Assembly: GCA_037447605.1 (NCBI GenBank)
Contig: CM074807.1
Coordinates: 186,001 to 250,000 of the forward strand
DNA length: 64,000 bases
Reading direction: 5' to 3'
Origin: Zygnema circumcarinatum SAG 698-1b
Taxonomy: Eukaryota; Plantae; Zygnematophyceae
Positions 26,501 to 39,083 of this stretch are shown piece by piece. Each line of letters begins with the position of its first letter. The stretch's first letter is position 1. Position numbers and translations under genes: made by a program. Under the pieces are notes generated by a model. It saw only the letters and a program-made list of their open reading frames with translations. It did not search any database and had not been told where the DNA came from.

Positions 26501-28814
26501 GTTGCTTTCACTTGGCTTTGTTTTTCTTCTTCGTTTGGCCCTCTTTTGCAGAATTCGCTGTTTGGAGACGGGGGAAATGTGTATGGTATGCATCATCCTG
26601 GTCATAGGCAAGGTAACGCATTACCTTTCGAAGTCACAGACTAGATTGTGAAAGGTCGAGGAATCCCCAGCTTAGTCATGAGGGGACCTGGTCAGATTGG
26701 TATTACTGGTAATATGTGGCAAGGCCATGAACCGTTGAAAGGCTTGAACGGTTTTGTTTCTGTCTGCAGGATTCCAGCAGCAGCCCGGGCCACCGCCCGT
26801 GCCAACGATGAATCCTTACCAGGTAAATTTTCTGCTAAAGTGTGGCGTCGTCAACTGGTATATTTTGCGGCCTACATTGTTTGCATAACCTAACTTCCCC
26901 TAGCCTGCACTCGCCATCATAAGTTTTTCCTCAGCAGTTTCAACTCGATAATCCTTTGCGCACTAGTGACCGTAGAATCAGCAGGTTGTCCCTGTGACAG
27001 CGATCCTGAGGTTTCGTCGTCAAATGTTTCCAGAATATTGGGAAGCTTGCCTGATCCATTCGCTGGCGATACTGAAGTCTATCCTTAGATACCAGATCAT
27101 TATGTGCAATTACTGGAATTTGTTGCGTTGGTTGTGTGCTGAAGTGTCTAGTGATTGATTCACTCACTCACCAATTCACTCACCTATTTGTTTTTAAAGG
27201 TTATCATAAGTTTTGTGACTTTCTTGGCGTCTGCTGATTCTATTGCCCGTGGTGTAACCTAACCGTCTGTTACTTGGTTGGGCACTTTTTGAGTCATGCT
27301 TCTTCGTTTTTTACACTTTGTCGGTTATATAGGATCCTTAACAGAGGATCGTTGGCGGTTATTTGTTGTGAAGTTGTGATCGATCTGAGAGCTTTTCGTT
27401 TATTCTCTATCCTTGTGGTTAGGTTGGAAACATAAATCCAATTGTGGCTGCCTTTGGAGGAAATTTGCCACCCGGTCTTACAGGCACAAATGACCGACCT
27501 ACTCTCCTTGTCTCCAATCTGAACACTGAGGTGAGCAAATGCTCAATACTCTGTGGAATATGTAGGGGAATCGTTATGCCAGACTTCTTTTTCAGTTTAG
27601 CTCAGACAAGTCCATTGGTTCTTGATTTAAAAAGTTAATTACTGAAGCTTCTAACACATTTTGGCATTGTAGGAGGGCGTGCAGGAGATTGATGGTGATA
27701 AACTTTTCAATCTCTTCTCCAACTATGGTAACATTGTACGCATAAAGATGTTACATAACAAGCCGGATCATGCTCTGATCGAAATGGCTGACCCTTTCCA
27801 GGCAGAACTGGCAGTTACCTACCTCAAGGTGAGTTATTCCTCTTACTGACTGAATGTTAAGTGGATACTCTCCTCGAACGACATTGTTACCTTCACAGGA
27901 ATTCGATGGTTTACATTTTTTCTGTCAGTTGCTTGCTTCTGTTATGTCACTTTGGGCTTCAACTAAACCAATCTGACTGGTTTGGTTTCATTTGTAATTG
28001 GAGGATAGTGAACGAACATACTTGAAATTTCAACTGATTAAACCTGTCCATGCAAAACTTTCTTAGGGTGTCCTTTTTGTGCTTTTGAGCGGTAATGGGA
28101 TTGCTCTTCTGACTACCTGCTTTTGGTGTAGAAGATAATCGTGATGGAATTGCTGATGTTCCATTGTTTGGGCATTTGTGTCTTGCTTCTATTGTAAGGG
28201 TTCATGAAGCTGCTTTAAGTTGCGTTGGTTGATGCTAGCTGTGCTTGCTGCTTTAAGTTGCGTTGGTTGATGCTAGCTGTGCTTGCTGCATAAGTTGATT
28301 CCGCATTCCCTACTTCTCATAGCAAGGGCAACTATGCTCTTTTATCTTATGACGAGTGGACGTATGCATATCAACATGTGACCACCGTGACCTGATGTAT
28401 GGAACTGGGTCTCAATGCACGCAGGGTGCTATGCTGCTGGGCAAGCGCATGGAGGTTAACTTTTCGAAGCACTCTCACATTAACCCTTCCCCTGACACGC
28501 GAGACTTCTCAAGTTCCCCTCTCAACCGCTTCAACCGCAATGCTGTGAAGAACTACCGGCACTGCTGTGCCCCCACCAAAATGATCCACTGCTCCAGCTT
28601 GCCCCCCGAAGCAACTACGGAATCTATAACGGAGTACCTTGCACCACATGGAACTATTGTTGGAGCAAAGGTGTATGAGAAGGAGACAAAGAAGCAGGCG
28701 CTCATCCTTTTCAACACGCCTGAAGAAGCCACCAACGCCCTTGTTTGCAAACACGCCAGCTCTTTTAATGGCGCCACTATCCGCCTCGCCTTTTCCAAGA
28801 ACACCGCTCTCTAG
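23594..28814 (+). CDS. PTB3: Polypyrimidine tract-binding protein homolog 3 (4 RRMs), ~14 exons
   Basis: MAEPSKVIHIRNVG, ALLQMQD, YMQFSSHQEL, PNRILLVTIH..LYPINVDVLQQVFSPHGFVEKIVTFSKSAG|LQALLQY, GRNIYDGCCTLDIQFS, GTNDRPTLLVSNLN, KLFNLFSNYGNIVRIK, CCAPTKMIH...ATNALVCKHA...IRLAFSK. Confidence 0.96.
28209..28289. repeat. 38-bp tandem duplication in the last PTB3 coding intron
   Basis: gctgctttaagttgcgttggttgatgctagctgtgctt x2. Confidence 0.9.
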
Positions 28815-30503
28815 TAAAAACTGATTTTGTTTGGTTTTTCTTTCGTTTGACGAGAATCAAGCCAGGCAGGAGGTCCTTAGCGACTGCTTATCATCGGGCT
28901 TCTGAGTTCACTGCCAGCTCGCCTTTGGTCACCTTGTTCCGCTGCAGCACTAGCCAGCGCTCTCACTCTTTTTTCCTCCTTCTCGTTTCTTCCTCCCCCC
29001 CCCTCTGCCCATTCTCTCTCTCTCTGTGTGTGCTATCTGTCCCACTGTGACTGTGTCAGGCTCAAAAGGTCCTTTGCTGGAGCCCTCTCTTTTCTGAGTC
29101 TTCTAGACTGACCATGGGATTCCATGCGGGCTGCTTCGAACTTGTAGTTGCGTTCTTGGTAATTTTAATAACGAAGGTAAGTGAAATCGGGTTTTCTGAG
29201 AAAAGTTTCGATTTCCTGTGTATGAACTGAACCTGATCTGGGCCGAGCATCTTGTGCCATGAGTAGTCACTGTGGGTTGGAGCAGGAGCGGACAGACCAG
29301 GTGGCTGGCTCTGATTGAGCTCAGCAGACCATGTCCATAGGCAGGCGGCAAGTTTGGGAGTGATTGGCCTCTGGTTGATTATGCGGAGTACTGTTGGAAT
29401 TTGGTTTCAGACTTTGAAACAATACACTCTTGGAATCTCGAGTCTTACTTTCGCAAGTGAGCCATGGATTGCCGATGGGAATAACAGTAGATGTTGCGTC
29501 GTGCCGAAAAGTGAAGCTACCACAAACAAGCACTTCAATCAATACGTTGGCATCCTCTGCCACCCTCATGATGGATCACCCTTACCATGGATTCATCGGT
29601 GGAAATTCAGATCGCACTTATCAACGTATATTTTGGAATGAATTTATCACACATAACGTACACACAGTTGTTGACCTTTTTCTGTACTTTTAAGAAGGGC
29701 AAAGCCCAATTGCACAGCCATCGACAACATCCTGTACTGGAGGCATAAACCAGTTGGCCTTATCAGCGACCGATCTCTAGAAAGGAGCCAAAATTGCGAA
29801 CAAAACAATAATGAAATGTGAGAACATCTGCGCGTGAGTTCCTAGTGAACAGAAGCATCAAAGTGCTGCACGCCACACTGAAACCAACTGATGCTCGGCC
29901 TCGGCGACTCGCGGTGGCCTGCACTTGGACATGCCCGGCGACCACATCCACTGAACGAATGAGCACACAAGCCTGAGCAACCATATGTTTCCCACCCACC
30001 ATATCGTTGCTCGGGTTGAGTGCGTTCACCTTGGGAGGAACACTGACTGGACACTACAAGATAAAATTGTTGACCCATAGGACCTGTTGCTGTCCTACAC
30101 GACCACCTTGCCTTGAGTGACAGCAAACATTTTTTCCTATATGAAGCTTGCCATGACTTTCCAGTCATCCTCCCAGGCGCTGCCCTCTCCCTTCCCCCCC
30201 CCCCTCCCCCCCCCAACGATCTGTACAGAAAAGTGGGAGTCCAGAGGAGTGTTGAGGCTTGCTGTAAGCCACCTGTGATATGAGGCCGAAATGTTGGCCG
30301 GGCCTGCCAAGGGCTCGAGGTGGAAGCAGTGGAAATATAAGCGCCGGAGCACATTCAACAGCAGGCTAGAGGGCTAACCTGCTCTCAGCCACCCCCTCGA
30401 TCCTTCGTGGAACCGTCGTATGGGGTAGGGAGGGAGGACTGTCTCATACCCCTAATCCACAATGGTAAAGGGCGGGGAAGGTCATCATGGGCAGCAATCC
30501 TGG

Positions 30504-33500
30504 TCATCTTGATGAAGAATGAAGCTGGAGTTGCAATTCTACAGGGAGGGGCAGGGTAATGTTGTTCAGAGAATTTTTCAGATCTGAAGCATAAATCCGG
30601 CTCACCGCCCTTATTAGTTCCGGTGTATAGTGTTCCGCCAGCCTCTGCTCAGAGTGGGTTACGTGGTTGGTATTGCTTTCTGGTACAACAGGTAGAGCGA
30701 TTCCAGGAGAGCGCTTGGAAAGTACATCCAGCAGATGCTGAGCATCAGTTTCAATAGTTTCCAGATACCCTATGAGGTCATATTTGACTATATCCAGGCC
30801 ACAAAGGTCGGCCTGCGGCCGAATGTGTTCATCCATGGCATCCCGATAGCGCTCTACCATCTTCTCCGTGCGGTTAAGAAACTCGCTAAAGCTCATTCGC
30901 ACGTCTGGTTGACCTGAACCCGCAAAAGGAATGGGTTCTCCGAGCAACTTGAAGAAGGCATAGTTCCAATTGTAACTGTTACGCTGAGCCCCTCCAGCAA
31001 CACCCTTATCCAAATAGGCCGAAAGAACACGCGACCATGGATTCCGAACGAGAACAAACTTGAACACGTTTGGATTTGTCACAATCTTCAGTGCCTGAAG
31101 CTCGGTGAAGTTTAACCCCAGCTGTTTGAGACCACTTTTATCTGCTTTCCCAATCTCCCTCCCTTTCCCTCAATCAAACTAAGCTAAAATGAAATTAGAT
31201 GTGAACCTGTGCTAGCCTAATTGGCCTCTATTGTGCACCGTAAAGCAATTTGGGTGGGGTGAACATCTCCACCACGGTGGGTGCTTTGAAGTCCAACAGT
31301 AGGAGATTTGACTCTCCATACCATCGCACTTCAGAAGCCGATGACTTATTCAAATCAAACGCACCCATAAGAACTGAATACTTTCAAAACCAGCCCAAAA
31401 GCCATGTCTACACTCCTTTGTCCCCATTCACTGACTTGCAATTTACTTGTCCCCCTGCCCACTCACCTGGCTCATGAACGTCGAAAATGCGGTGTTTAGG
31501 GTAGTCTGCACCCTCCCACCTACTAAACAGTGTCAGTTTCGCAATAGCTCACTAACCCAATATGTCAGCAGGGTTGGTCGGTTCATGGCGACAAATCCCA
31601 CCTGGCAAACCCTCCAGTCGGCGCATCCAGAGGCGCCATGCCGTACAGGCCACCTTGGGTATGCTGCAATACAGCAATGAGTGTTTCTCTGCAAAGCATT
31701 CTCCGTTCCCAAAGATCAGCCACTACAAAGTGACAAGTAGCACGACTCATCTTTGCGCACGCCTCATTAATCAACGGCCTCCACTACTTGGAAGAGACGC
31801 AAATGTACTGCAATGTCTGCTCGCAATCTTCCCTCACCGTTCACGTAAGTCTGCATCGCCCATGGTTGGTTGATCACAATGTCGAGACGGGGCCCGTCTC
31901 GAAGTGCCACCTGTCGTACATATCTGCGAGTGGAACTTGCCTCAGCTCTTGCCATGATGAAATCGGCGGCACCTGACGGCTCAGCATGAATAAGTAGCCG
32001 AGTGGTGCTCAAGGCAATGAACTCTGCCAATTGCCGTCGTGCACATGCAACGAGTGGGAGGCGATGGCTGCCAATAGCGTACACCTGATCCTCTGTAAAA
32101 GCAGCCCTGGCGAGCCCTCCAGCACCTGCACACACTGCCTGCGGTGGCGGATGGACCTTGACTTGTCAAGGGCCCAACGGAGGGTGGAAAAAGTCCCAAC
32201 CAAAACCCTGCTTTGACCCAAGAATCCCCGTGCTATCTGAAAAGTAAGATTTTCCACATTGTGAAATATTAAAGATGTTGAACTGAGCATTTATGCTTTG
32301 GAGTCAAAAGACGTCTATAATGGCGGTTCGGAAGAAATAACACTACTGAGACAATAGCACGAATTCTATAATGTCCAAAAACCCTTTATTAAGGGAGTCT
32401 CATGCAAGGGGTGTTTCCGGCTCACCCTTAGACTTTTTGCAATATATTCGAGTGTCTGTGGTTTGCGATCTTGGTGTATTGTTTCCAAAACTTTTTGAAC
32501 AGCTGCTTGTGGTCCCCCACCAAGGAAAAAATGCACCGACGGGTCCTTCAAGACCTCGTGCACGATGGCTCGTACTGTAATGTTTACTTGAAAGGGCCAA
32601 TTGGATGACCAACGTCGATAATTTGATCTTTTGTTCACATGGTTCAAGCCACCGAGTCTGACACCCTGGTACTGTGACTTTCTCTTTCCATCGTCACTGC
32701 GACCCTGTACCTCTCCACTTCCTCCGGGCACTTCTTGCGTCCTTCTGCGACTTGTGAGGCCGGAATCAGCTGTGCTTGTGTGGGGCTGCCGGCGTCGTCG
32801 AGCCTGCGATGAAGGCACACCTACTCTGTATATTTTATCAGCGAAAGAACACAGGGGAGCTGGTGGTAGAGGCTCCTCCCAGGGCACGCCTGCCTGCAAG
32901 AGGACTCCCACATTGTTCGCCAGCTCTGACCAATCGAGGCCTGCCAGCATATTGAGAACTCCTGAAACAGGAGTGAGGCGGGTATAGCAGGCATTGAGAG
33001 ACTCCCTGAGCTTGCAGGCCTCGAGGCCGGAAACTAAGTTGCAGGGACGAGTGCTCTCATGTACATAGAGCCCCCGAGGAGGTAGCAATTCCATATCCTC
33101 TTCCTCAACCGTTCCTCTCGTGTCGTTCGTGTCAACGCACGTTTGCTCATCGCTGCTTGAAAGCCGCGCTCTTCTAGCCACTTCAAGCCATGGCTGCCAA
33201 GAGGGCCCTACCTCGAGTTTACCCGAGAGATCGTCCAGTACCTCAAACTCCCTATTTGCAAAGAGCTCCTGGAATTTTGTGGCAGGCAGCCATGGATCCG
33301 AGACCCAGACCACATGCAGGCGGAGGCCTGCACTGCGGGCGAGAGTTTCTGCAGTGCAAAGGCTCTGCAAGCGGCTGCCGAGCTCTCCCTGACACACTAG
33401 CAGAGCGCCCTCGCGCGGCTCGGAGGCTCCCACCTCGACCTGCTGGTAGGGAAGCAAAGTCATGGCGGCCATTCCGACAACGGTGACTATGATGGCTATA

Positions 33501-33595
33501 GTCAGCAGCCAGAGAAGAGCAGTACAGAGAGCAGATGCTCGCCTTGCAGCCACGACGCGCCATGAGGCGCTCCGCCGCAGGGCGGCCGCCTCCAT
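30504..33595 (-). CDS. Type II membrane protein: fucosyltransferase-like (GT-B) domain fused to carbohydrate sulfotransferase (Sulfotransfer_2) domain, paralog A, 5 exons
   Basis: N-terminal TM helix (ALCTALLWLLTIAIIVTVVG); GELGSRLQSL...LHVVW; LAEFIALSTTRLLIH; 5'-PSB motif LLYCSIPKVACTAWR (~31635-31680); 3'-PB motif FVLVRNPWSRVLSAYLDK; DEHIRPQADLCG..IVKYDLIGYLE. Confidence 0.85.
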
Positions 33596-33733
33596 GGCCT
33601 CCCCCCTCCCTGCGCTCCCTCGCCCTCCCTCGCCCAAACGCGGGGGCCTGCAGAGAAGATGCCGGCCGGGAATGGCTGTGGGTAGCGCTCGCATGGATGG
33701 CATGAGGCGTGCAACGCCAACATTGTACCGGTG

Positions 33734-33859
33734 TGTTGAACAAGGAACGATGGACATTGCACGTTGGACAAGGAACGTTGAACATTGCATGTTGAACATG
33801 GAATGCTGGACATTGCATGTTGAACATGGAACGTTGAACATTGCATGTTGAACATTGCC
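33734..33859. repeat. Nine 14-bp units (consensus YGTTGAACA[TTGCA/TGGAA]) in the divergent spacer between paralog A and STT3B
   Basis: tgttgaacaaggaa cgatggacattgca cgttggacaaggaa cgttgaacattgca tgttgaacatggaa tgctggacattgca tgttgaacatggaa cgttgaacattgca tgttgaacattgcc. Confidence 0.92.
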
Positions 33860-33999
33860 GTCCATCCATGCCCATGCTCCGCCGGACCGCCCGCGGCGAC
33901 GTTTAGGGCTTTTCCGGCTCAAGTCAAGCTCGTGTCTGTGCAGCAGAGGCAGCAGCAACAGGACGAGGGCGCCCCGCAGAGGAGGGGAGGCAGGCAGCC

Positions 34000-36900
34000 A
34001 TGGCTGCTGCTGCTGCGGCGCCGCTCGGCGCTCTGGCGAGCACGCTGGCGAGCCTCCGCCTGACCACAAAGCAGCAGGAGCTGCTTCTCCGCGTGGCCAC
34101 GCTCCTCCTCATCTACATTCTCGCCTTCGTCACTCGCCTCTTCTCTGTGCTGCGGTATGAGTCTGTCATCCACGAGTTTGACCCCTACTTCAACTACCGT
34201 ACCACTCTCTACCTCACAAAGAAGGGTCTGTATGAGTTCTGGAATTGGTTTGATCATGAAACCTGGTACCCTCTGGGCCGAATTATAGGGGGCACGCTCT
34301 ACCCGGGCCTCATGCTCACAGCTGCATTTGAACATTGGGTGCTCCACTTTTTGAGCCTCACGGTACACATTCGCGACGTGTGTGTGCTGACTCCCTGCTT
34401 TTTCGCATCCAACACCACCCTTGTAGCCTATTTCTTTGGAAAGGAGATTAGGGATTCAGGAACAGGGCTGATAGCGGCGGCATTTATAGCCATCTGCCCT
34501 GGTTACATTTCGCGATCAGTGGCTGGGTCTTACGACTATGAGGGTATAGCAATTTTCGCAATGCTGCTCACATTTTACCTCTTTGTCAAGGCAGTGAACA
34601 CTGGTTCCCTCGCATGGGCAGTGGCATCTGCCTTCACTTACTTTTACATGGCATCTTCATGGGGAGGGTACATCTTCATCATCAACCTCTTGCCCATCTA
34701 TGTGTTCGTGCTCCTGGTCACTGGGCGATACTCTGGGCGTCTATATGTGGCCTATAATACCCTGTACATTCTTGGCGCTTTAATGGCAATGCAAATCCGC
34801 TTCATCGGATTTCAACATGTGCAATCGGGAGAGCACATGGCGGCCTTGGGAGTGTTTTTGCTCATACAGGTCAGCATTCTCATTTGAATCCAGCTCAGAT
34901 TTTAGAAATACCAGACAAAGGGAGGCTGTGGGCCTATTCACCTGATCGCTTGGGGCGCAAATCAATACGCAGTCTATTGTTTTTCAAAGTTTTTAATGGA
35001 TCTTGGATCCTGTCAAAATTGAGCTTTCCTTCCTCACCTAGCACGGCAGCATGAGGATGTATGCACAGCCTAGGAAGTTGTGTTGCTTATTCTAACTACT
35101 AGTTAAGCGCCCCAGTTTCTGCACTTGCGCTTTAAATTTTCCAGACCCATAGTTTGCCAGACCAGGCTATTCTTTGTTCCTTTTCTTAACAGTATTCTCC
35201 TACTTGAATGGAAAACTCCGATATCAGTTGGCAAAGCAGAATAATACCCGCCTACACTTCCACAAGCTATGACGCACTGAACTTAAAGAAAAACTGAGCC
35301 CTTTGTAGGCTTGATCCATCTATATTTGTCGCCGTCCAAGTAGTTATTTGCTAATGTACTTTTGTGCCTCGCTGTGCTTTTGTACGTGTCATCATTTCCA
35401 GTTCGAGTTTCCTTACCCAATAGAGGTTTAAGGTGCTGTTGGCTTTCAATGACATACAATCGACTATTGTCAACACAATCGACTGAAGCGGGCGAGAGTT
35501 GCTAAAGAAATTGCATTAAATCCGACCATTGTCAGATGCTGGTGAACAGATGCTGATCAACTTCAGATGATGACTTTGCAGGTTTTCTTTTTTGTGGACT
35601 GGGTCAAGCATCAACTGGTTGATCCAAAGCTGTTTCGCGCTTTCTTGCGCGTTACAGTTATATCAGCTGTTGCTGTGGGAGGCTTGGGATTATTTGTGGG
35701 AATGGCCACCGGTAGGACCATCTCCCATACTCTTCATTCCCGCTTTAGTTGCTGAACCTGCCCTTTCTACTTCATGTTGTCTCTTGTTCTGAGAGTGAGT
35801 TCGAACGATTTGGTAGGATACATATCTCCTTGGAGTGGACGTTTCTACTCGCTGTTGGACCCCACCTATGCCAAGGACCATATTCCCATCATCGCATCCG
35901 TTTCAGAGCATCAGCCCACCACATGGAGCTCCTTCTTTTTTGACTTTCACATTCTGCTCCTGCTCTTTCCCGCAGGTCAGAGTCTCTGATGCTTCTCTTC
36001 TACCTCTTGATGACAGTTGCACGAAGCTAAAGAAAATTTTCAGAACCTCATGCGCAATTGCGAAATTCTTCTTCTTCGTCTTCTTCTTCTTCGTCTTTTT
36101 CATACTGACAAGTCAACTGCATGGTGCAGGGCTCTACTTTTGCTTTAAGCGTTTGAATGATGCAACAGTCTTCATTGTCATTTATGCTCTCACCAGCATG
36201 TACTTTGCGGGAGTGATGGTGCGGCTCGTTCTTGTGGCCACTCCGGCTCTCTGCCTTATGGGGGCCATTGCAACCTCAGCTTCCTTCAAGAATTTCTCCA
36301 CTCTTGCACGGGAGAAGTTTCCTGAGAAGGGTGCTACTAGATCGGGGGGTGCTGGTCGGGGCAATGCAAAGGTGCCCTTTCTATCATAAAGGTCATGCTG
36401 AGTTTTTCCTGATGCTTAAATATGGAATCGGAAGCCTTGGGGTTGTCTGTCAAGAGAGCTTTTGTATTACAACTGTTTTAGTTCTTTCAGGTTCCAACAA
36501 CCTAAAGAGCTCTGCTCGCTTATCATGGAAAGTCTGCTTAGTCTTGTATGTGTAGTGAGATGTTTTTGATACTCATAAGGAGCTTATTGTTCTAGGAAAC
36601 CGTCAACTAAAATCTCAGTTTACTGTGGTGGGGTGCATGCAGAGTACAGTGGAGCAACCTCTCCCGCTACAACGCGAGGGGGCAGCACTGCTGCTTCTTG
36701 GAGGGCTTTTCTGCCTTCTCAACTATACAGTTCACTGCACTTGGGTGACATCGGAAGCTTATTCCTCACCTTCCATTGTCCTTCAGGCACGGCAGAGCAA
36801 TGGAGATCGCATCATTTTCGATGACTTCCGTGAAGCTTATTTCTGGTTACGCCATAACACTGCTCCTGATGCAAAGGTGAGACAATCTATACTCTCTGAT

Positions 36901-38156
36901 TTGCATGTTGGGTCTCTCTCAAAGTCTCCATGGCTGGCTAAGGCAGTGCGGTGTAGTCAAAGTGGAGATCGGATACTATGGAGCACAGTGTGAAGAGGGT
37001 AAAGAGTGGTTCAACTGGGGATGGGACTGAGCTTCTTGATACTGAATAGGGGCAGAGAGAAAATGAAAATGGAGTGTGCAGGTGATGTCCTGGTGGGACT
37101 ATGGTTATCAGATCACAGCCATGGGCAACCGGACTGTGATTGTGGACAACAATACATGGAACAACACACACATTGCTGCAGTTGGCCGGGCAATGTCCAG
37201 CAGCGAAGAGAATGCTTATGAGATTATGCGCAGTCTGGATGTGGATTATGTGTTGGTAGTTTTTGGCGGAGTAACGGGGTACTCTTCCGATGATATCAAC
37301 AAGTGAGTGCTCTCTTTTAGACAGCTGGGTCAACTTGAGGAGCTGGTAGAAGCTTGATATGTGAGAGGCAACAGGAAAGAGGGTGTGAGGAGAGGGAGTT
37401 GCCGTAAATGCAACTTGTGTATGCACCTCTGACGGATTAGGGTTTTGGAACAGGTTTCTCTGGATGGTCAGGATTGGAGGAGGTGTGTTTCCGGACATCC
37501 GGGAGGCAGACTACTTAAACCAGGGTGATTATCGAGTCGATAAAGATGCTACACCGACTATGCTAAACTGTTTAATGTGAGTTGGAATTGGCGTGAGTCG
37601 ATGATGGCACAAGCTTTAGTCTGGTCTATGTTATGAAAACGGACTCTTTTTTGCCGAGGGGAGTGGAAATCTGGTGCTGCCAAAGCACTGAAATCTGACG
37701 CATGAACGCCGATTTCGTTACAAAGTTGGGCTGGAAGGGAATTGTTCTTTTGATTCAATGATCAAAGTTTGGTTTTAAGGGGGAGAGGCATGGTGGAATG
37801 ACGGAGCAGGTACAAGTTGTGCTATTACCGTTTCGGGGAGCTTTCTACAGAGTATGGCAAGCCCACAGGGTGAGAACTCTTTGTTTCTCCTTCTTTTCTT
37901 GCAGGGTCCCCCATGTTGATGGTGAAGGCTGCCTGAACTTTGGGCTTCTGTAGGGGCATCTAAGAGGCTGACTGCTATCTGCTTTGCTTTGCTATTTGCT
38001 TTGCTTTATGTTTGGTGGGTACTCAGGTGGGATCGCTCTCGTCAAGTGGAAATTGGCAAGAAGGACATCGAGTTGGAGTACGTAGAGGAGGCCTTCACAA
38101 CTGTGAACTGGATAGTTCGGATTTACCGGGTGAAACCACGTGATAACCGCTGGTAA
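34000..38156 (+). CDS. STT3B: Oligosaccharyltransferase catalytic subunit STT3B
   Basis: [100 protein letters not shown]; plant STT3B-type N-terminus ([10 protein letters not shown]) and C-terminal NRW*. Confidence 0.98.
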
Positions 38157-39083
38157 TGCGGAGGTTTCTTCAGCTCGTTCCAACAGGGAACACGTTGGTA
38201 CTCTTTCATTTCAGGCTGAGTCCTGGAGGAGGCTGTGACTATGTTTCGAGTCCACAAATTACATGGTGAAAGCAGAGACTATTGGCGGCAGCCGTACATG
38301 AGGTGACCTCCAAGGCATACGACCCTTCCCCTGGAAATCCTCTGTTAGAATCGAAAGGAAGGCCTTGGAAGGGGGCAGCTCGCACATGGAAAAGCAAGGC
38401 AGTTTGGTTCAGTTTCAGCCGCAGGCTGGAAGTCACCCTCCTCACACCCATTCTCTTGCAATTGCGGCACCCACCTCGTTTTCCGATAAGCATTCTCTCT
38501 GTGCCGTTGCTGTTGTAAGGTGAACATTTTTGCAATTAACGTAGTTTTTATGGTTTGTCCCTTTCAACTCCTTTTCTTTGGCAATGACTTCGCCCTAAGC
38601 GCTCTAATACCGAACAATCTCTACAACATTCTCAACTCAAAGCACAGAACTTGACTCTCTATGCAACGAACTGGCATGCCCATCACCTGTACATCGTCAG
38701 CCCCGTCAACCCATGTCAAATATCAGCATTGCATGCTGATGCCCCAGAATCTTCCACACCATTCGGCCCCAATCGCTGTGGAAACCACGAGTGCATCGGT
38801 CGCCGAAATCCGGCTAAGTTCGAAATCAGTTGCGCGTCGCCATCATAGACGCGAGCGCGCCCCATGTGACGTGACGGCCAAAAAGTTCGCGCACCAGCGC
38901 GTTCGCCTCAAAGGAGAGGGAGCGGCGGAGATTGTTTTGTCGGCGCTGACCCGCTCCGGAGGCGGCGGAGGGAGGGAGGGACGGGGAGATCTGAGGGAGT
39001 GGCATAGGGAGGGGGAGAGGGAGAGGGAAAGGGAGAGGGAGAGGACGAGGGGGAGGGGGAGGCCGCGGCGTCCCTCCCGTTGC

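Noticed and set aside
29300-30400. Short ORFs between PTB3 and sulfotransferase A
   Set aside because: No recognisable motifs or consistent exon chain; probably UTR or intergenic.
32155-32175. In-frame TGA upstream of sulfotransferase A exon 2 (possible selenocysteine)
   Set aside because: It is intronic. The acceptor ccgcag|GCA matches the paralog's junction.
33734-33859. CRISPR-like array
   Set aside because: No unique spacers and a eukaryotic context; it is a plain minisatellite.
33596-34069. N-terminal extension of the 567-aa ORF overlapping the STT3B start
   Set aside because: It translates the 14-bp promoter array (QHAMFNV repeats). The plausible start is the ATG at 33595, ahead of the TM helix.
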